64,000 nt of DNA from Armatimonadota bacterium (GTDB lineage: Bacteria; Armatimonadota; SYMT01), in the NCBI GenBank assembly GCA_041690135.1, contig JAWLHY010000006.1, positions 128,001 to 192,000 of the forward strand. The letters run 5' to 3'. Numbering within the stretch: the stretch's first letter is position 1; the number at the start of each line of letters is the position of its first letter. The position numbers and the translations under genes are program-made. Below are positions 39,898 to 50,269 of this stretch, one piece after another. The notes under the pieces are model-generated. The model was not told the origin of the DNA and made no database searches. It worked only from the letters and a program-made list of their open reading frames with translations.

Positions 39898-41061
39898 TTA
39901 GGGGGTACTAGGGGGTATACGGGCAGCCAGAGCCCGGCGCACGGCGGGAAGCAACTCCGCCGTTCTGTCCGGCACTCCGGTCTGTTTGGGCTTCAGGTCG
40001 ACCGCCGCCGACCGTGCAGCGTTGTTGGCGGACACGCGCAGGTCGCGAAGGATGGCCTGGTAAAGCGAAGTCCTCTTGAGAAAGAGTGCCTGGAGCGCAG
40101 CCGCGTTCCCCCAAAGAGGCTGGGATGGCTTCGGCAACTCCTGCGGCGCCGCCTGGGACCCTTCGGCGGAAGGGGCGGCACTCGGGGCCAGTGCTACCGG
40201 CACCGGCGCCACGTGCGGAGAAGGCAACGTCCGATGCTGTAGTTGCTCTAGCGCCTCCCGTTCTTCCCGCGCGAGCCGCATTTGCTCCTGAGAGCGCGCT
40301 TCGTTGCGCTCTCGCTCGGCTCGCGCCAACTCTTCGGCGGGAATTTCCACCCGGCGCATGGGTTGGCGCCTGGGAATCTCCAACGCCCGACGCAGACGTT
40401 CCAGCTCCGCTTCCCGCAACACTTCCAATCGGTGGCGCGCTTCATCCCGCTCCGCTCGCCGCTTTCGCAATTCGTCGGAGGTGTACAGGGCGCGGCGATC
40501 CGACCGCTCTTCCAGTTCCCGAATGCGGCGCTCGAGGCGGTCCATCTCCAGGGTGCGCGCGCGCACTTCCGCCAGGTCGTCGCCGGCCGCCTCTGCCTCC
40601 GGCAATTCCAGCCGCGCTTCCACAAAGCGCCGGCGCAGCCTGGCCAACTCGATCCGATAGGCCCTCTCTGCGTGATCCGGTTCAGCCTGCGCTCGGGTCA
40701 GGAACTCCTCGCGAACGGCCTCTCGGGCGCGGTGGAGATCCGGCGTAAGTCGCGGTGCGACGGGCTCCTGCGGAGGTACCGGAGCGGGGATGATCACTTC
40801 TTCCGGTACTTCCAGAGCCTGGAGAGCCACCGGGACCGACTTGCCGCGTAAACGTTCGATCTGGCGATCCAGCGACTTGAGTTGTCCGGCGGCCGGATGG
40901 AAAGACACGTACCTTTCGACCTGCACGTAACCCGTACGCCGAACGACGGGGGCTGGTGGGGCGACGCGAGCAGGCACGGGAGGTCTGGGTCCGCACCCAA
41001 CCAACACCCCCAAACTGAGGGATAGGGCGGATGCCCGCGCTGCCGATTGCCAGCCGAACAT
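39898..41061 (-). CDS. Coiled-coil putative lipoprotein, possibly a divergent Skp/OmpH paralogue
   Basis: LVGC lipobox-like; TGYVQVE..HP; long charged helical region; position between skp and lpxD. Confidence 0.6.
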   Translation of the reverse strand: MFGWQSAARASALSLSLGVLVGCGPRPPVPARVAPPAPVVRRTGYVQVERYVSFHPAAGQLKSLDRQIERLRGKSVPVALQALEVPEEVIIPAPVPPQEPVAPRLTPDLHRAREAVREEFLTRAQAEPDHAERAYRIELARLRRRFVEARLELPEAEAAGDDLAEVRARTLEMDRLERRIRELEERSDRRALYTSDELRKRRAERDEARHRLEVLREAELERLRRALEIPRRQPMRRVEIPAEELARAERERNEARSQEQMRLAREEREALEQLQHRTLPSPHVAPVPVALAPSAAPSAEGSQAAPQELPKPSQPLWGNAAALQALFLKRTSLYQAILRDLRVSANNAARSAAVDLKPKQTGVPDRTAELLPAVRRALAARIPPSTP

Positions 41062-41104
41062 CCGCCCTATCTGCGTCTTTCTGCCCGTGAAAGCCACGGA
41101 TCGT

Positions 41105-41773
41105 CTACTTCGCCGCCGTCGCCCCGAGCTTGCGAAGAACGTCCGGGGTAAGGTCCTGACCACCGAAGAGCACGGCCTGCCGGTCCAAAATCAGGACCAG
41201 GTCTTTGTTGTCCGCAACCTCTTCCACCTTCTTCAGGATCTTGCCCTGCATTTCATCCAGGACCTTGCCCTGGAGTTGCGCGAGCTGTTCCCGCCGCCGA
41301 TTGGCCTCATCCTGAAGGACCGTGATGCCGGTTTTGCGCAGCTTGTCGAGTTCCCCCAGGCGCTTTTGCTGATCATCGGACAGCCGCTCCGTCCCGGCAA
41401 GAGTGCTGAACTCACGGTCGAGTACATCGCTCTGCTTTTCGAGATCTTCGATCCGCTTCTTCTCGCCATCCGAAACCGTCTTCTTGGCTCGGAGGGTCTT
41501 CAACTCCTCCAGTTCCGCCTTGGTCAGGTAACGGGTGCGGTTGAGGGCCTCGATCTCTTCCTGCAGCTTCGTCTGCATATCCTCGTACTGGCGGACCAGG
41601 ACTTGCCATTCTTGCGTTTGCTTCACCTGGTCGGTGACTTTCGCCAGATCGACATAACCCAGGGCCGGGTCCGCCTTGCCCTTGTTCTTTTGCGCGTTGC
41701 CGGGCAGGGCCGTGGCGACGAGACCACCTAGCACGGCCGCCGCGACGACGCTGGTCAGCTTCCATCCATGCAT
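41105..41773 (-). CDS. skp: Periplasmic chaperone Skp/OmpH
   Basis: Signal peptide; LGYVDL; coiled coil; VLFGGQDLT; strong RBS. Confidence 0.9.
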   Translation of the reverse strand: MHGWKLTSVVAAAVLGGLVATALPGNAQKNKGKADPALGYVDLAKVTDQVKQTQEWQVLVRQYEDMQTKLQEEIEALNRTRYLTKAELEELKTLRAKKTVSDGEKKRIEDLEKQSDVLDREFSTLAGTERLSDDQQKRLGELDKLRKTGITVLQDEANRRREQLAQLQGKVLDEMQGKILKKVEEVADNKDLVLILDRQAVLFGGQDLTPDVLRKLGATAAK

Positions 41774-41925
41774 CTGCGTTCCTCCCTCTAGAGGGTATGT
41801 GCTCGGGCATTGCTGCCCTTCTCGGATCCCGCGCCGACCAGACGTCCGCCGCCGGGATCGGCAGTGCCGGAGAGGTTTCCAGGTTACCCTCTCCGGCATC
41901 GCTTGCCGTTTCCGGAATAAGAACC

Positions 41926-41955
41926 GCGGGACGGCGGGTGGAACCGCCGTCCCGC
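41926..41955 (-). terminator. Stem-loop after bamA (terminator or mRNA stabiliser)
   Basis: gcgggacggcgg / ccgccgtcccgc 12-bp stem; weak U-tract. Confidence 0.5.
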
Positions 41956-41962
41956 CTTCAGC

Positions 41963-43837
41963 CTAGAAGGCGTGTCCGATACTGAAGTGGGTACGTGTCC
42001 CCTCTTCGCCGTAGCCGACGTCCAGCCGGATTGGGCCGATAGGGGTTTGCACCCGCAGTCCCAGCCCGATCGAAGCGAACGGGCGGATATCTTCGTGCTG
42101 CTCGAAGCGGTTGCCCCGGAACTGGAAGACACTTTCGGAACCGAACGCATCACCGACGTCTGCGAACAGAACGCCCACGATCGACTTCATGATCGGACGC
42201 CGGTACTCTACGCTGGCGAGATACATGTGGTTCCCCCAGAAGCGGTCTTCCAGGTATCCGCGGAGGCTCTCGGCGCCGCCCATGAAGAACTGTTCGAAGA
42301 ACGGGACCTTTCCAACTACTGTCCCCGCCATCAGACGGGTAGCGATCACCGGTACCTTTTGTGCCTCCTGCTCCCGTTCCGGTTCCTTGATGGCCTTGAT
42401 CCCCCGGAGACGGAAGTAACGCCGGTAATCGACGATCACCTTGCTGAAAAAGGCGCTGTCGAACGTATCCGTGTTCGACTCGTCCAGGGACGTGTGGCCG
42501 AACTCGGTAACGACCCGGGAGAAGGTCCCTTCCGTCGGGTTCTGTACGTAGTCGCGAGTGTTCCAGATACGGCTCACATTCCCCGCGACCACCCGACCAT
42601 TCTGACGCGGAAACTGGTTGTCCACGTTTCGCGGCAGGTCGCCCGTGCTAACGTCGTCGAAACGGAAGCCCATCGTTACCGGCCACCGGAAGGGCCGGCC
42701 GAAGCTCAACTGCCCGCCGAAGCGCCGTTCGAAGTAGCGGTCGTCGTCATTGTCCCGGAAATTCCCGAGGGACCGGGAGAACCGGTACACCAGCTTATTG
42801 TAGAGGCTGATGTTCATCGACGTCTTGTCCGGCGTCAACCAGGGCTCGAAGAACTGAATTTCGATGCTGGGTGCGCCGTCGCCCCCGAAGGTGCCGATTT
42901 CGCCGGCGATGCTGATCGCCTGCCCCTTACCCCGAAAGTTCTGGTCTGCCAACTCGGCACGCCCGATGAGCTGCTGCCGCGGGCTATACCCGGCACCGAC
43001 CGAAACCTGGCCGGTGCGACGCTCGGTCAGTTCCCACGTGATCGCTGCCGTCGCGGTTTCCGGATCGGTCAGCACCACCGGGTTGATCGTCTCGAAGAAC
43101 CCCAGCGCGCTAAGCGCCTGGTAGTCTCGATTGATCTGCTGGCTGTTGTAGAGTGCGCCGGGTCTCTGGGACAATTCCCTTTCGACGACGTAGTTCTTCG
43201 TCTTGTGCACCTCTTCGGTGCGGATGACGTTGTCGTTCTCGTCCTTGATCTCGCGGGTGGGCCACTTGATGTTGAGGGAGCCGACCAGCAGTTCCCGGAT
43301 TTCAACGCCCAGGATGCCCCGGTCCAGGAAGTCCGGGGACTCGCGGTTGGCGGTGTCCACAATGGCCACCACGTAGCCCTTGTCTGTGTAGAGCTTCTCC
43401 AGGGCGCGCAGGTCCGCTTCCCACTGGGTACGGTTGAACACCTCACCCGAGCGCGTCTTGATAGCGGCCCGGAGTTGCTCGTCGGTGAAGATGCTGCTTC
43501 CCGTGATGTCGATCTGCTGGATCAACGGGTATTCCGTAACGATGAATACCAGGTTGACCATGTTCCCCATGCGCTGGGGATTGACGATCACGGACCGGAA
43601 CCAGCCCAGCCGGAGAATGTCGAGCCGGTCGCGTTCGATACGCTCGGGCGAGGCGACATCCCCTTCTTTGGTGCTGATGGCGGTACGGATCGTCGGTTCG
43701 TTGATGCGCTGATTGCCGCGAATCTCTATCTTCTGCACCCTGAGCACCTGAGCACGCGCCGGCGTGAGCGGCGCAAGCACCAGGACAAGGAGCAGCCAGA
43801 GAGCGCAGCGAGCAGCATCGCGCGTCGCCTGGGTCAT
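41963..43837 (-). CDS. bamA: Omp85/BamA outer-membrane assembly factor with POTRA domains
   Basis: POTRA (IEIRGNQRI), barrel start TGQVSVGAGY, LRGY, GPIRLD, C-terminal Phe. Confidence 0.92.
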   Translation of the reverse strand: MTQATRDAARCALWLLLVLVLAPLTPARAQVLRVQKIEIRGNQRINEPTIRTAISTKEGDVASPERIERDRLDILRLGWFRSVIVNPQRMGNMVNLVFIVTEYPLIQQIDITGSSIFTDEQLRAAIKTRSGEVFNRTQWEADLRALEKLYTDKGYVVAIVDTANRESPDFLDRGILGVEIRELLVGSLNIKWPTREIKDENDNVIRTEEVHKTKNYVVERELSQRPGALYNSQQINRDYQALSALGFFETINPVVLTDPETATAAITWELTERRTGQVSVGAGYSPRQQLIGRAELADQNFRGKGQAISIAGEIGTFGGDGAPSIEIQFFEPWLTPDKTSMNISLYNKLVYRFSRSLGNFRDNDDDRYFERRFGGQLSFGRPFRWPVTMGFRFDDVSTGDLPRNVDNQFPRQNGRVVAGNVSRIWNTRDYVQNPTEGTFSRVVTEFGHTSLDESNTDTFDSAFFSKVIVDYRRYFRLRGIKAIKEPEREQEAQKVPVIATRLMAGTVVGKVPFFEQFFMGGAESLRGYLEDRFWGNHMYLASVEYRRPIMKSIVGVLFADVGDAFGSESVFQFRGNRFEQHEDIRPFASIGLGLRVQTPIGPIRLDVGYGEEGTRTHFSIGHAF

Positions 43838-43957
43838 GGGACGCGTTCCTCCTTCCCTAATTACCCTTACTTTGCTTGGTTGACAGGCGTAGCCGGGCCG
43901 GCTGATGCCTTCGCAGAGGAATGTTGGCTGCGGTCTTCGTTAGTGTAGTCGGCTGGG

Positions 43958-44656
43958 TCAGCTTCGAAGATAAGCTTCGACTTTTCGCCGCAGCATCAAT
44001 CGTCCCCGGTGAATGCGTGTCTTCACCGCTTCAAGGCTGAGCGCCGTGATCTCCGCGATCTGCAAATAGGTCAAGTGCTGCAGATCGCAGAGGATGATCA
44101 CCTGCCGGTACTCGTCAGGAAGGGAGTCGATCGCTTTGAGGACGTATCGATAGGTTTCTCGTCGGATAAGCACATCCTGGGGCGACTGTTCCCAGTCGGC
44201 TACTTCGAGCGGGCGCACCGCTTCCTCGGGACCCGCGGGGGCGTCGAGGGACGGTCCTTCTACGACCCGGCGGCGGTCCCGCTGCCGGAATCGGTTCTTG
44301 CACTGGTTCAGGGCGATCTGACAAAGCCACGTATGCACTTTACAGTCGCCGCGGAACGTCGAAAAGCTCTTGTACGCGTTCAGAAAGGTCTCCTGAGTCA
44401 GATCTTCAGCCTCTTCCCTATCACCAATCTGGCGCAGGATCAGGTTGAAGATCTTCTTCTCATACTTGGAGACGATCTCTTCAAAGGTGAGCAGGCGGTC
44501 CTCGTCATCGGTAGCCCGGGACACGGAAGCACCTTCCTCGGTCGGTTCCGCGCGACGCACCGGTTCCGGCCGGCCGATCACCGCAGCATCGACGGAGCTG
44601 GACAGGCAGTCGGCCGAGAGTGACCTCTGGGATTGTGATCGATCCGCAGCATCCAT
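43958..44656 (-). CDS. ECF sigma-70 factor (RpoE/SigW-like)
   Basis: AEDLTQETF, TWLCQIALN, VKTRIHRGR; start uncertain. Confidence 0.9.
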   Translation of the reverse strand: MDAADRSQSQRSLSADCLSSSVDAAVIGRPEPVRRAEPTEEGASVSRATDDEDRLLTFEEIVSKYEKKIFNLILRQIGDREEAEDLTQETFLNAYKSFSTFRGDCKVHTWLCQIALNQCKNRFRQRDRRRVVEGPSLDAPAGPEEAVRPLEVADWEQSPQDVLIRRETYRYVLKAIDSLPDEYRQVIILCDLQHLTYLQIAEITALSLEAVKTRIHRGRLMLRRKVEAYLRS

Positions 44657-44674
44657 CAGGTAGTCATTCCGGCA

Positions 44675-47600
44675 CTAAAAAGAGATCCCGCCGCTGAAGA
44701 AGAACACGCGGACACCCAACGGCTCCTCCTGGCGGTAGCCCACTCGCACCCTCGGCGTGAGCCGGTAGTAGACCTCGTAGCGAGTGGGGTTGTCGCCCTC
44801 GGCGGAACCAAACTGTTGTGAAACCGTGCCGTAAAGTTTTCCGAAAAGCTGCCTTCCCAGCCGGATACGCAGTGGTTGGCTGACCCCTACGTCGATGGCG
44901 AAAACGCTTAAGCCGAGTGCGGACTGCAGGGCATCCTCGATCCGGCCCGTGAGGGCGCTGGACACGTTGGCCGCAATCGCTTGCTCGATCTGGGTGCGTA
45001 ACGCCTCTACTACATTAGACCCCCCGCCCCCAAATCCTTCCACGCCGAAGTGCTGTCGAATTAATGCCTCAATTTCGCCCGCAGGCAATGGCGGATCGGT
45101 TCGCACCGTGATCGTAAGACCGCCATCTCCACCGAGGAGCAACCCACCGGAGACCCCGGCCGGGCGGACACTCCCTTCCCCCCCGGTGCCCGGCGTCCCG
45201 CGAATCAAGAACTCCAGTTCGTAATCCTCGGCTTCGAGCGCGACCGTGCGCTGCAGGCGCACCGTGCTGGTCGCCGTGAGGTCTACGTAAAGACTGGTCC
45301 GCCCTTCCGCGCCTGCGTCCCGCCCGCGGCCGTCGTACGCGATGCGCAGCACCCCTTCCACGTTCCTCAGGCGCAGTCCTGGGAGCGGAATCGTGCCTTC
45401 CAGCACCCGGATCTCTCCGGTGACCAGCGGTGCTCCCACCGTCTGGGTGACCCGCACTCCTTCCCCAAGCTTCAGCCGCGCCTGCGGATTACGCAGCCAT
45501 ACGTTGTTCCCGATGACCAACTGAAGATCAACCGTTGGGCCGCCGGGTTCACTTTCGCGCGGTTCGGAGAAAATGGGGTCATACGCCAACAGGGTCGAGC
45601 TTTCGTCCAACCGAATTGCGCCCGTTATAGTGGGATGTTGCAGGTCGCCCGTGATCCGGATGGGCGCCGGCTGCTTGACGGAGGCACGGTTCACCGACTG
45701 GAGCACACCCCTTGTCTGCGTCCCCTTGAAGGCCTCTCCCAGTAAGCTGCCTACCTTCTTCTCAATGAATTTAAACTGGTCTACAGAAAGTCTAATATCC
45801 AGTCGGGCCGACGCAGGCACGCCGTCCACGGAGCCCAGCGTTACCGTACCGGCACCTTCTACAGCCCCACCGTGATTGCTGTTTCCGGAAAGCTGGGTTA
45901 GCTCCAACTGGTCTCCCCGGAGGTCGACCCGGAGGTTCACCTCACGGATCTCCGTTTCCAATCCCTCAACCCGCAGCGTTGCATCGGAGAGGCGGAAGAA
46001 GCCGTCATTTGCCGGGTTCTCACGGGTGCCGCCCAACGTGATTCGGCCTTCCATTTTCCCGTGAGTGGCGGCGATTTGCCGCAGTGCGGCCACCAGCGGC
46101 GCCATCCGGCTCGGGTTCTCGCCACCGCGCTCCGCGGCCAGAGCTTCGGACTCGGCGGCCAGTTCGTTGAGGACGGAGAGCGACTGCTCCGGTACCAGCA
46201 CCGTCAACTCGCGGCGCGCGTCGACGGGAACGACCAACTTGGGCCAGGTGAGGGGCAGCGAACCAATGACCCTCACCTGGCTCTCACCGGAAGGCAGTCG
46301 CTTCACCAGCCGCGCAGCGGTAGCACGCAGCATTCCCTCCGTGGCGGAATACTCCGCGCCTTCCAGCGCGAACTTGTCGAACGGAATCCCCGACAGGAGT
46401 GGCTCATCCACCTCGATGTTCAACTTCAGGTGGGGAAACTTCACGCTTCCGGATGCCGCAAGCGAGACCTCCGCGATCCCATCCAACGGCTGGATCCCCT
46501 GGAGGCGCGCTTCCAGGCCGCGGATCGGCAGTCGAGCGAGCGAGCTGATTTTAAGCTTCTCACCCCGGGCGTGGGCGTTGAGGCTTCCAGGGTCATCACC
46601 GGATGGCTCCACCAGTACCCCGGCCAGTGAGAGTTTGGTCTCCGGCTCCTGCACCAACGTTAGGTCTGCAACTTCCAGGCGGCCGGGCCGGTAGCTAAAG
46701 CGACTCGCGAGGCGCATCGGGGGTGCTTCCGAGTCCGGTGGAGAGGCGAGGTCGGGCACAGAGAGTTCGCCGACGACGGACGGATGCGCTCGCATGCGCA
46801 TGGCATTTCCCACCGCAGCGAGCGTTGTGGGGATGGGTCCGGCGCCTATCGGCACCGAGAGGGTGGCGGAAAGGTGACCGGCGACCGGACTGGTCCACTG
46901 GTCGAGTGCTTCCCGCAGGGTATCGAAGGACTTGCGGCCATAGAAGGGGCTGTCCTGGACGAGTTGCTCGATGACGGCCACCGGGACCGCATCTACTACG
47001 ATCTGCCCCCCCAGCCAGTCGAGTAGATGCGCTTTCGGCGTCCGCCCTTCCTGCCACACGACCAGATGCGGGATGCGCAGAGTCCCAGAACCGAAGCGCG
47101 CGTTAAGCTCCCGCAGGACCGTCAGTTGCCGGTTCCATTGGACTCGGAAGGGTTGCATGGGAACCGCACGCCCATTCAGGATCAGGCCAGCCAGGGCGAA
47201 TTCCCCTTCCACCTGGGGTTCGCCGACCGTGCCACTGACGTGGACAACTGCCTGTTCCAGCGTAGCGGAGACAGAAGCGTAGTTCCGCACCTCCGGTGCA
47301 AAACGGGTGATCAGTGGCGCGAGACGTATTCCTCTTACATCCAGACGCAGATCCAGATGCATCTGGGAAGTCCGGTCGTCGGGAGGTGCCTTCGGATCCC
47401 ACAAGAGTTTGCCGGCCCCCCCCGCCTGAAGCAGTGTGGATGCCGCGCTGAGGTCGGAGAGTTCCACAGTGGACTGCGCCAGGTCGACCTTCCCGACGAC
47501 GTGGACGCTGCCCAGGTCGAACTGCTGGTAGGCGACCCGGCTCCCCTGCGCCTCAAAGGTGAGTTCCGGCGCTTCGATGGATCCGGCCACCCCAACGCTG

Positions 47601-49945
47601 AACGCGTCCAGACTGCCGGAAATGGGGGTCTCGTGCAGGCGCTCCAAGGATATGCCAGCCAGCCGTAGAGCATGGGTGAGGGTGAGGCCATCCACGTCCA
47701 CCTGGGACTGTACGTGCCACTTGAACTGCGGGGGACGACCCTCTTCCGCCACGGTCTGGCGCGTCAACTCGATCGTATCGGTGCGGAGCGAGACGGGCGC
47801 TCGTTCCAGGGCAACCTCCGTGAGAAGGAGCTTTTCCTCGCCATTCCACACGAACGCGGCTTCCGCGTAGTCCGCCGTGAGATCCGGCTGGCTCAGCAAG
47901 GCAGGCTGATAAACCTGAACGCGGCCGGATACCTTCGGTTTGGCGACGGATCCCGAAAGTTGCGCGACGACATACGCCTGGCCGGATACCCGTTCCTGGA
48001 TGCGTCCCGCCAGCAGCCTTTCGAGACTCAGCCCGCGACCTGTCAGATCGAGCGCCAGCTCATTTTCACGCGTCACCGTCCCCGAAAGAGTGATCTGCTC
48101 GCCCCGCTGCTCCACAACCGCGTAGGGAATGTGGAAGGCGCCCGTCTCATAGACAACTCGCCCGGTCACGCGGTCGAAGCTCTCATCACCGACTTCGAGC
48201 GGTCCGGCTTCCACGTAGCCTGCCACGCGGGGAGCGTCCAGGGTGCCGGAAGCGACGAACTGGACGCTTGCACCGCCTGAAATGCGGGTTCGAGCTTCCA
48301 CCTGCGGCCAGTGCTCCGGTCGGAGGTGACGCGCTTCTCCCGCCGCGTAGAATTCGGACGGGCTTTTCGCCAGGTCGATCCAACCCTTAGCGGTGATGCT
48401 GCCGTCCAGTGCCCGGCCGGCAGCCGTGAACTGGAGCCACTTTTCCCGCAGGCGAAAGCCCGTCGTGAGACCCTGGATAGGCACCTCGCGATACCGACCT
48501 TCCGCCGCGCGCAGCTCGCCATCTAACTGGAGCGGCGTTCCGGTGCGGTAGTGCCCGCGATAGGTAGCGCGGATGGTCCGCAGCTCGGCCTGGGTTCCAC
48601 CGTCGGAACCGGCGTGGAGCACGAGAGGCGTGACGGCGCTCCCCTGGAAGTCCCACCCCTTTTCACTCCCGGCCAGCGCGGCGTCAACCCGCACTGGCTG
48701 GGTTACGGCGACCCCTTCCGGCAGCTTTACATCCGGAAGCACCCTGCGTAGCCAGACTGGCGTCACCTGATCCGCCCGCAGCTTCAGCCGGGTCTGGAGC
48801 CTGGGGAGCAGCGCAACCTCTCCGCTCGTGGTGACAGGCAGCCCCGCCACGCGCAATGAACCATCTACTATCGCGGCCGCCCCGTTGACGATGATCTGGC
48901 CGCGAATAGCGGTGAGCGGGTGCGCGAATGAGTTGAGGTGCAGGTCTCCATCGGACACCGCCAGGGTCGCTTGGTACTCTGGAGGGGCGCCCTTCCGATG
49001 GCCCCACGCAGATATCACCGCGCGAACGGTTCCCCGGCGGATGTGGAACGGTTCCTCCTTCCGGGTGGATACATAGTCGTACCAGTACTGCGGTTGGTCG
49101 GAGATGACGTTCGCGTTGACCATCCAGGTGCCTTTCCTGGCATCCGCATGGCCTTCAACCGTTACCGGTCGCCGAGCACCTCGTCGTATGGGTCCGTCGG
49201 TCAAATCGCCAGCAAGTGCGAACTGCAACTGGGGATGGGCGCCGAACCCGACTCGTAAAGAGCCCAAAAAGCGATGGTGCTGCACGCCCGCGAGCCGGCC
49301 CGCCCGCTCGTTCCAGAAGTCGAGCTGGGCATCTCTGGCAACGACCGAGCCGCGAAAGGCGAGGGGCTTTTCTTCCTTCCGCTTCGGCAGTAAGTTCTCG
49401 TAATTCCACTTCCCGCGACGGTCGCGGCGGATGTGCAACCGGGGCTTCTCCACGTGAACCTGGGAAACCGTAGCCAGGACGTCGCCGCCTCCCTTCAAGA
49501 GGGGAGCCAGGTCGAATTGCGTGGAGGCAGCCGGGGCCACCAGAAACTGGCTTCCGTCCGCCTGCAACACGCGGAGGTCGCGAATAGAGAGGCTTGCGCG
49601 GGTGTCCCTCCCCAGTCCCCGGCCAAGCAAGCTACTCCAATGCTGAAGGCTCGGATCGAAGCGAAGTTCCACCCGACCCGCGGTGAGGAAATCCGGCTCA
49701 TTGGCAGCGAGGCCTCGCCCTACTTTGAGGCCTTCCACCACCGCCAGTCCGGGGCGTTCCAGGGAGAGCCGGTCGTAGCGGATCCGCCGTTCCAGACGCT
49801 TTTCAACTTCTGCCAGCACGGTGGGTGCGATACCCTGCAGCACGCGTTGGGCATACTGACGCACCTGCTGCCCGATCCCAACGATCAGCAACAGGGCTAA
49901 GAACAGCATGAGACCGCGTGCGCGGCGAGACCCGGGGAGGTGCAT
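44675..49945 (-). CDS. tamB: TamB/AsmA-like bridge protein
   Basis: 1756 aa, N-terminal anchor, GKWNY AsmA-like motif, beta-rich repeats, upstream of bamA. Confidence 0.8.
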   Translation of the reverse strand: MHLPGSRRARGLMLFLALLLIVGIGQQVRQYAQRVLQGIAPTVLAEVEKRLERRIRYDRLSLERPGLAVVEGLKVGRGLAANEPDFLTAGRVELRFDPSLQHWSSLLGRGLGRDTRASLSIRDLRVLQADGSQFLVAPAASTQFDLAPLLKGGGDVLATVSQVHVEKPRLHIRRDRRGKWNYENLLPKRKEEKPLAFRGSVVARDAQLDFWNERAGRLAGVQHHRFLGSLRVGFGAHPQLQFALAGDLTDGPIRRGARRPVTVEGHADARKGTWMVNANVISDQPQYWYDYVSTRKEEPFHIRRGTVRAVISAWGHRKGAPPEYQATLAVSDGDLHLNSFAHPLTAIRGQIIVNGAAAIVDGSLRVAGLPVTTSGEVALLPRLQTRLKLRADQVTPVWLRRVLPDVKLPEGVAVTQPVRVDAALAGSEKGWDFQGSAVTPLVLHAGSDGGTQAELRTIRATYRGHYRTGTPLQLDGELRAAEGRYREVPIQGLTTGFRLREKWLQFTAAGRALDGSITAKGWIDLAKSPSEFYAAGEARHLRPEHWPQVEARTRISGGASVQFVASGTLDAPRVAGYVEAGPLEVGDESFDRVTGRVVYETGAFHIPYAVVEQRGEQITLSGTVTRENELALDLTGRGLSLERLLAGRIQERVSGQAYVVAQLSGSVAKPKVSGRVQVYQPALLSQPDLTADYAEAAFVWNGEEKLLLTEVALERAPVSLRTDTIELTRQTVAEEGRPPQFKWHVQSQVDVDGLTLTHALRLAGISLERLHETPISGSLDAFSVGVAGSIEAPELTFEAQGSRVAYQQFDLGSVHVVGKVDLAQSTVELSDLSAASTLLQAGGAGKLLWDPKAPPDDRTSQMHLDLRLDVRGIRLAPLITRFAPEVRNYASVSATLEQAVVHVSGTVGEPQVEGEFALAGLILNGRAVPMQPFRVQWNRQLTVLRELNARFGSGTLRIPHLVVWQEGRTPKAHLLDWLGGQIVVDAVPVAVIEQLVQDSPFYGRKSFDTLREALDQWTSPVAGHLSATLSVPIGAGPIPTTLAAVGNAMRMRAHPSVVGELSVPDLASPPDSEAPPMRLASRFSYRPGRLEVADLTLVQEPETKLSLAGVLVEPSGDDPGSLNAHARGEKLKISSLARLPIRGLEARLQGIQPLDGIAEVSLAASGSVKFPHLKLNIEVDEPLLSGIPFDKFALEGAEYSATEGMLRATAARLVKRLPSGESQVRVIGSLPLTWPKLVVPVDARRELTVLVPEQSLSVLNELAAESEALAAERGGENPSRMAPLVAALRQIAATHGKMEGRITLGGTRENPANDGFFRLSDATLRVEGLETEIREVNLRVDLRGDQLELTQLSGNSNHGGAVEGAGTVTLGSVDGVPASARLDIRLSVDQFKFIEKKVGSLLGEAFKGTQTRGVLQSVNRASVKQPAPIRITGDLQHPTITGAIRLDESSTLLAYDPIFSEPRESEPGGPTVDLQLVIGNNVWLRNPQARLKLGEGVRVTQTVGAPLVTGEIRVLEGTIPLPGLRLRNVEGVLRIAYDGRGRDAGAEGRTSLYVDLTATSTVRLQRTVALEAEDYELEFLIRGTPGTGGEGSVRPAGVSGGLLLGGDGGLTITVRTDPPLPAGEIEALIRQHFGVEGFGGGGSNVVEALRTQIEQAIAANVSSALTGRIEDALQSALGLSVFAIDVGVSQPLRIRLGRQLFGKLYGTVSQQFGSAEGDNPTRYEVYYRLTPRVRVGYRQEEPLGVRVFFFSGGISF

Positions 49946-50269
49946 GCGCAGAAACCAGGGGCCAGCGCTTTGGATAGCGCCACGGAGAGAAACATCACTC
50001 TCCCCTTATCTTATCGGTGGTCTGGGCCCCGCACCAGTGCCCGCCCCTGCTTCAGGTGAGGATTCTCGCGAACTCGGCAGCGGCCCGCAGGGGATCCGAG
50101 CAGAACTGTATAAGTTTTCAGAGCAAAGCTTTACAGGCTTACTGGTGGAGGTGGCGGCTACTCCAGGAGGGGCTGCAAAAGTCTCTTATCTTCGTAGTAC
50201 GTCATGCCTGACCTGTTCGGGGTGGTGGTCCACGTTAGTCAGCGGTCGCAGTGGTGGTACCCCGGAGAG

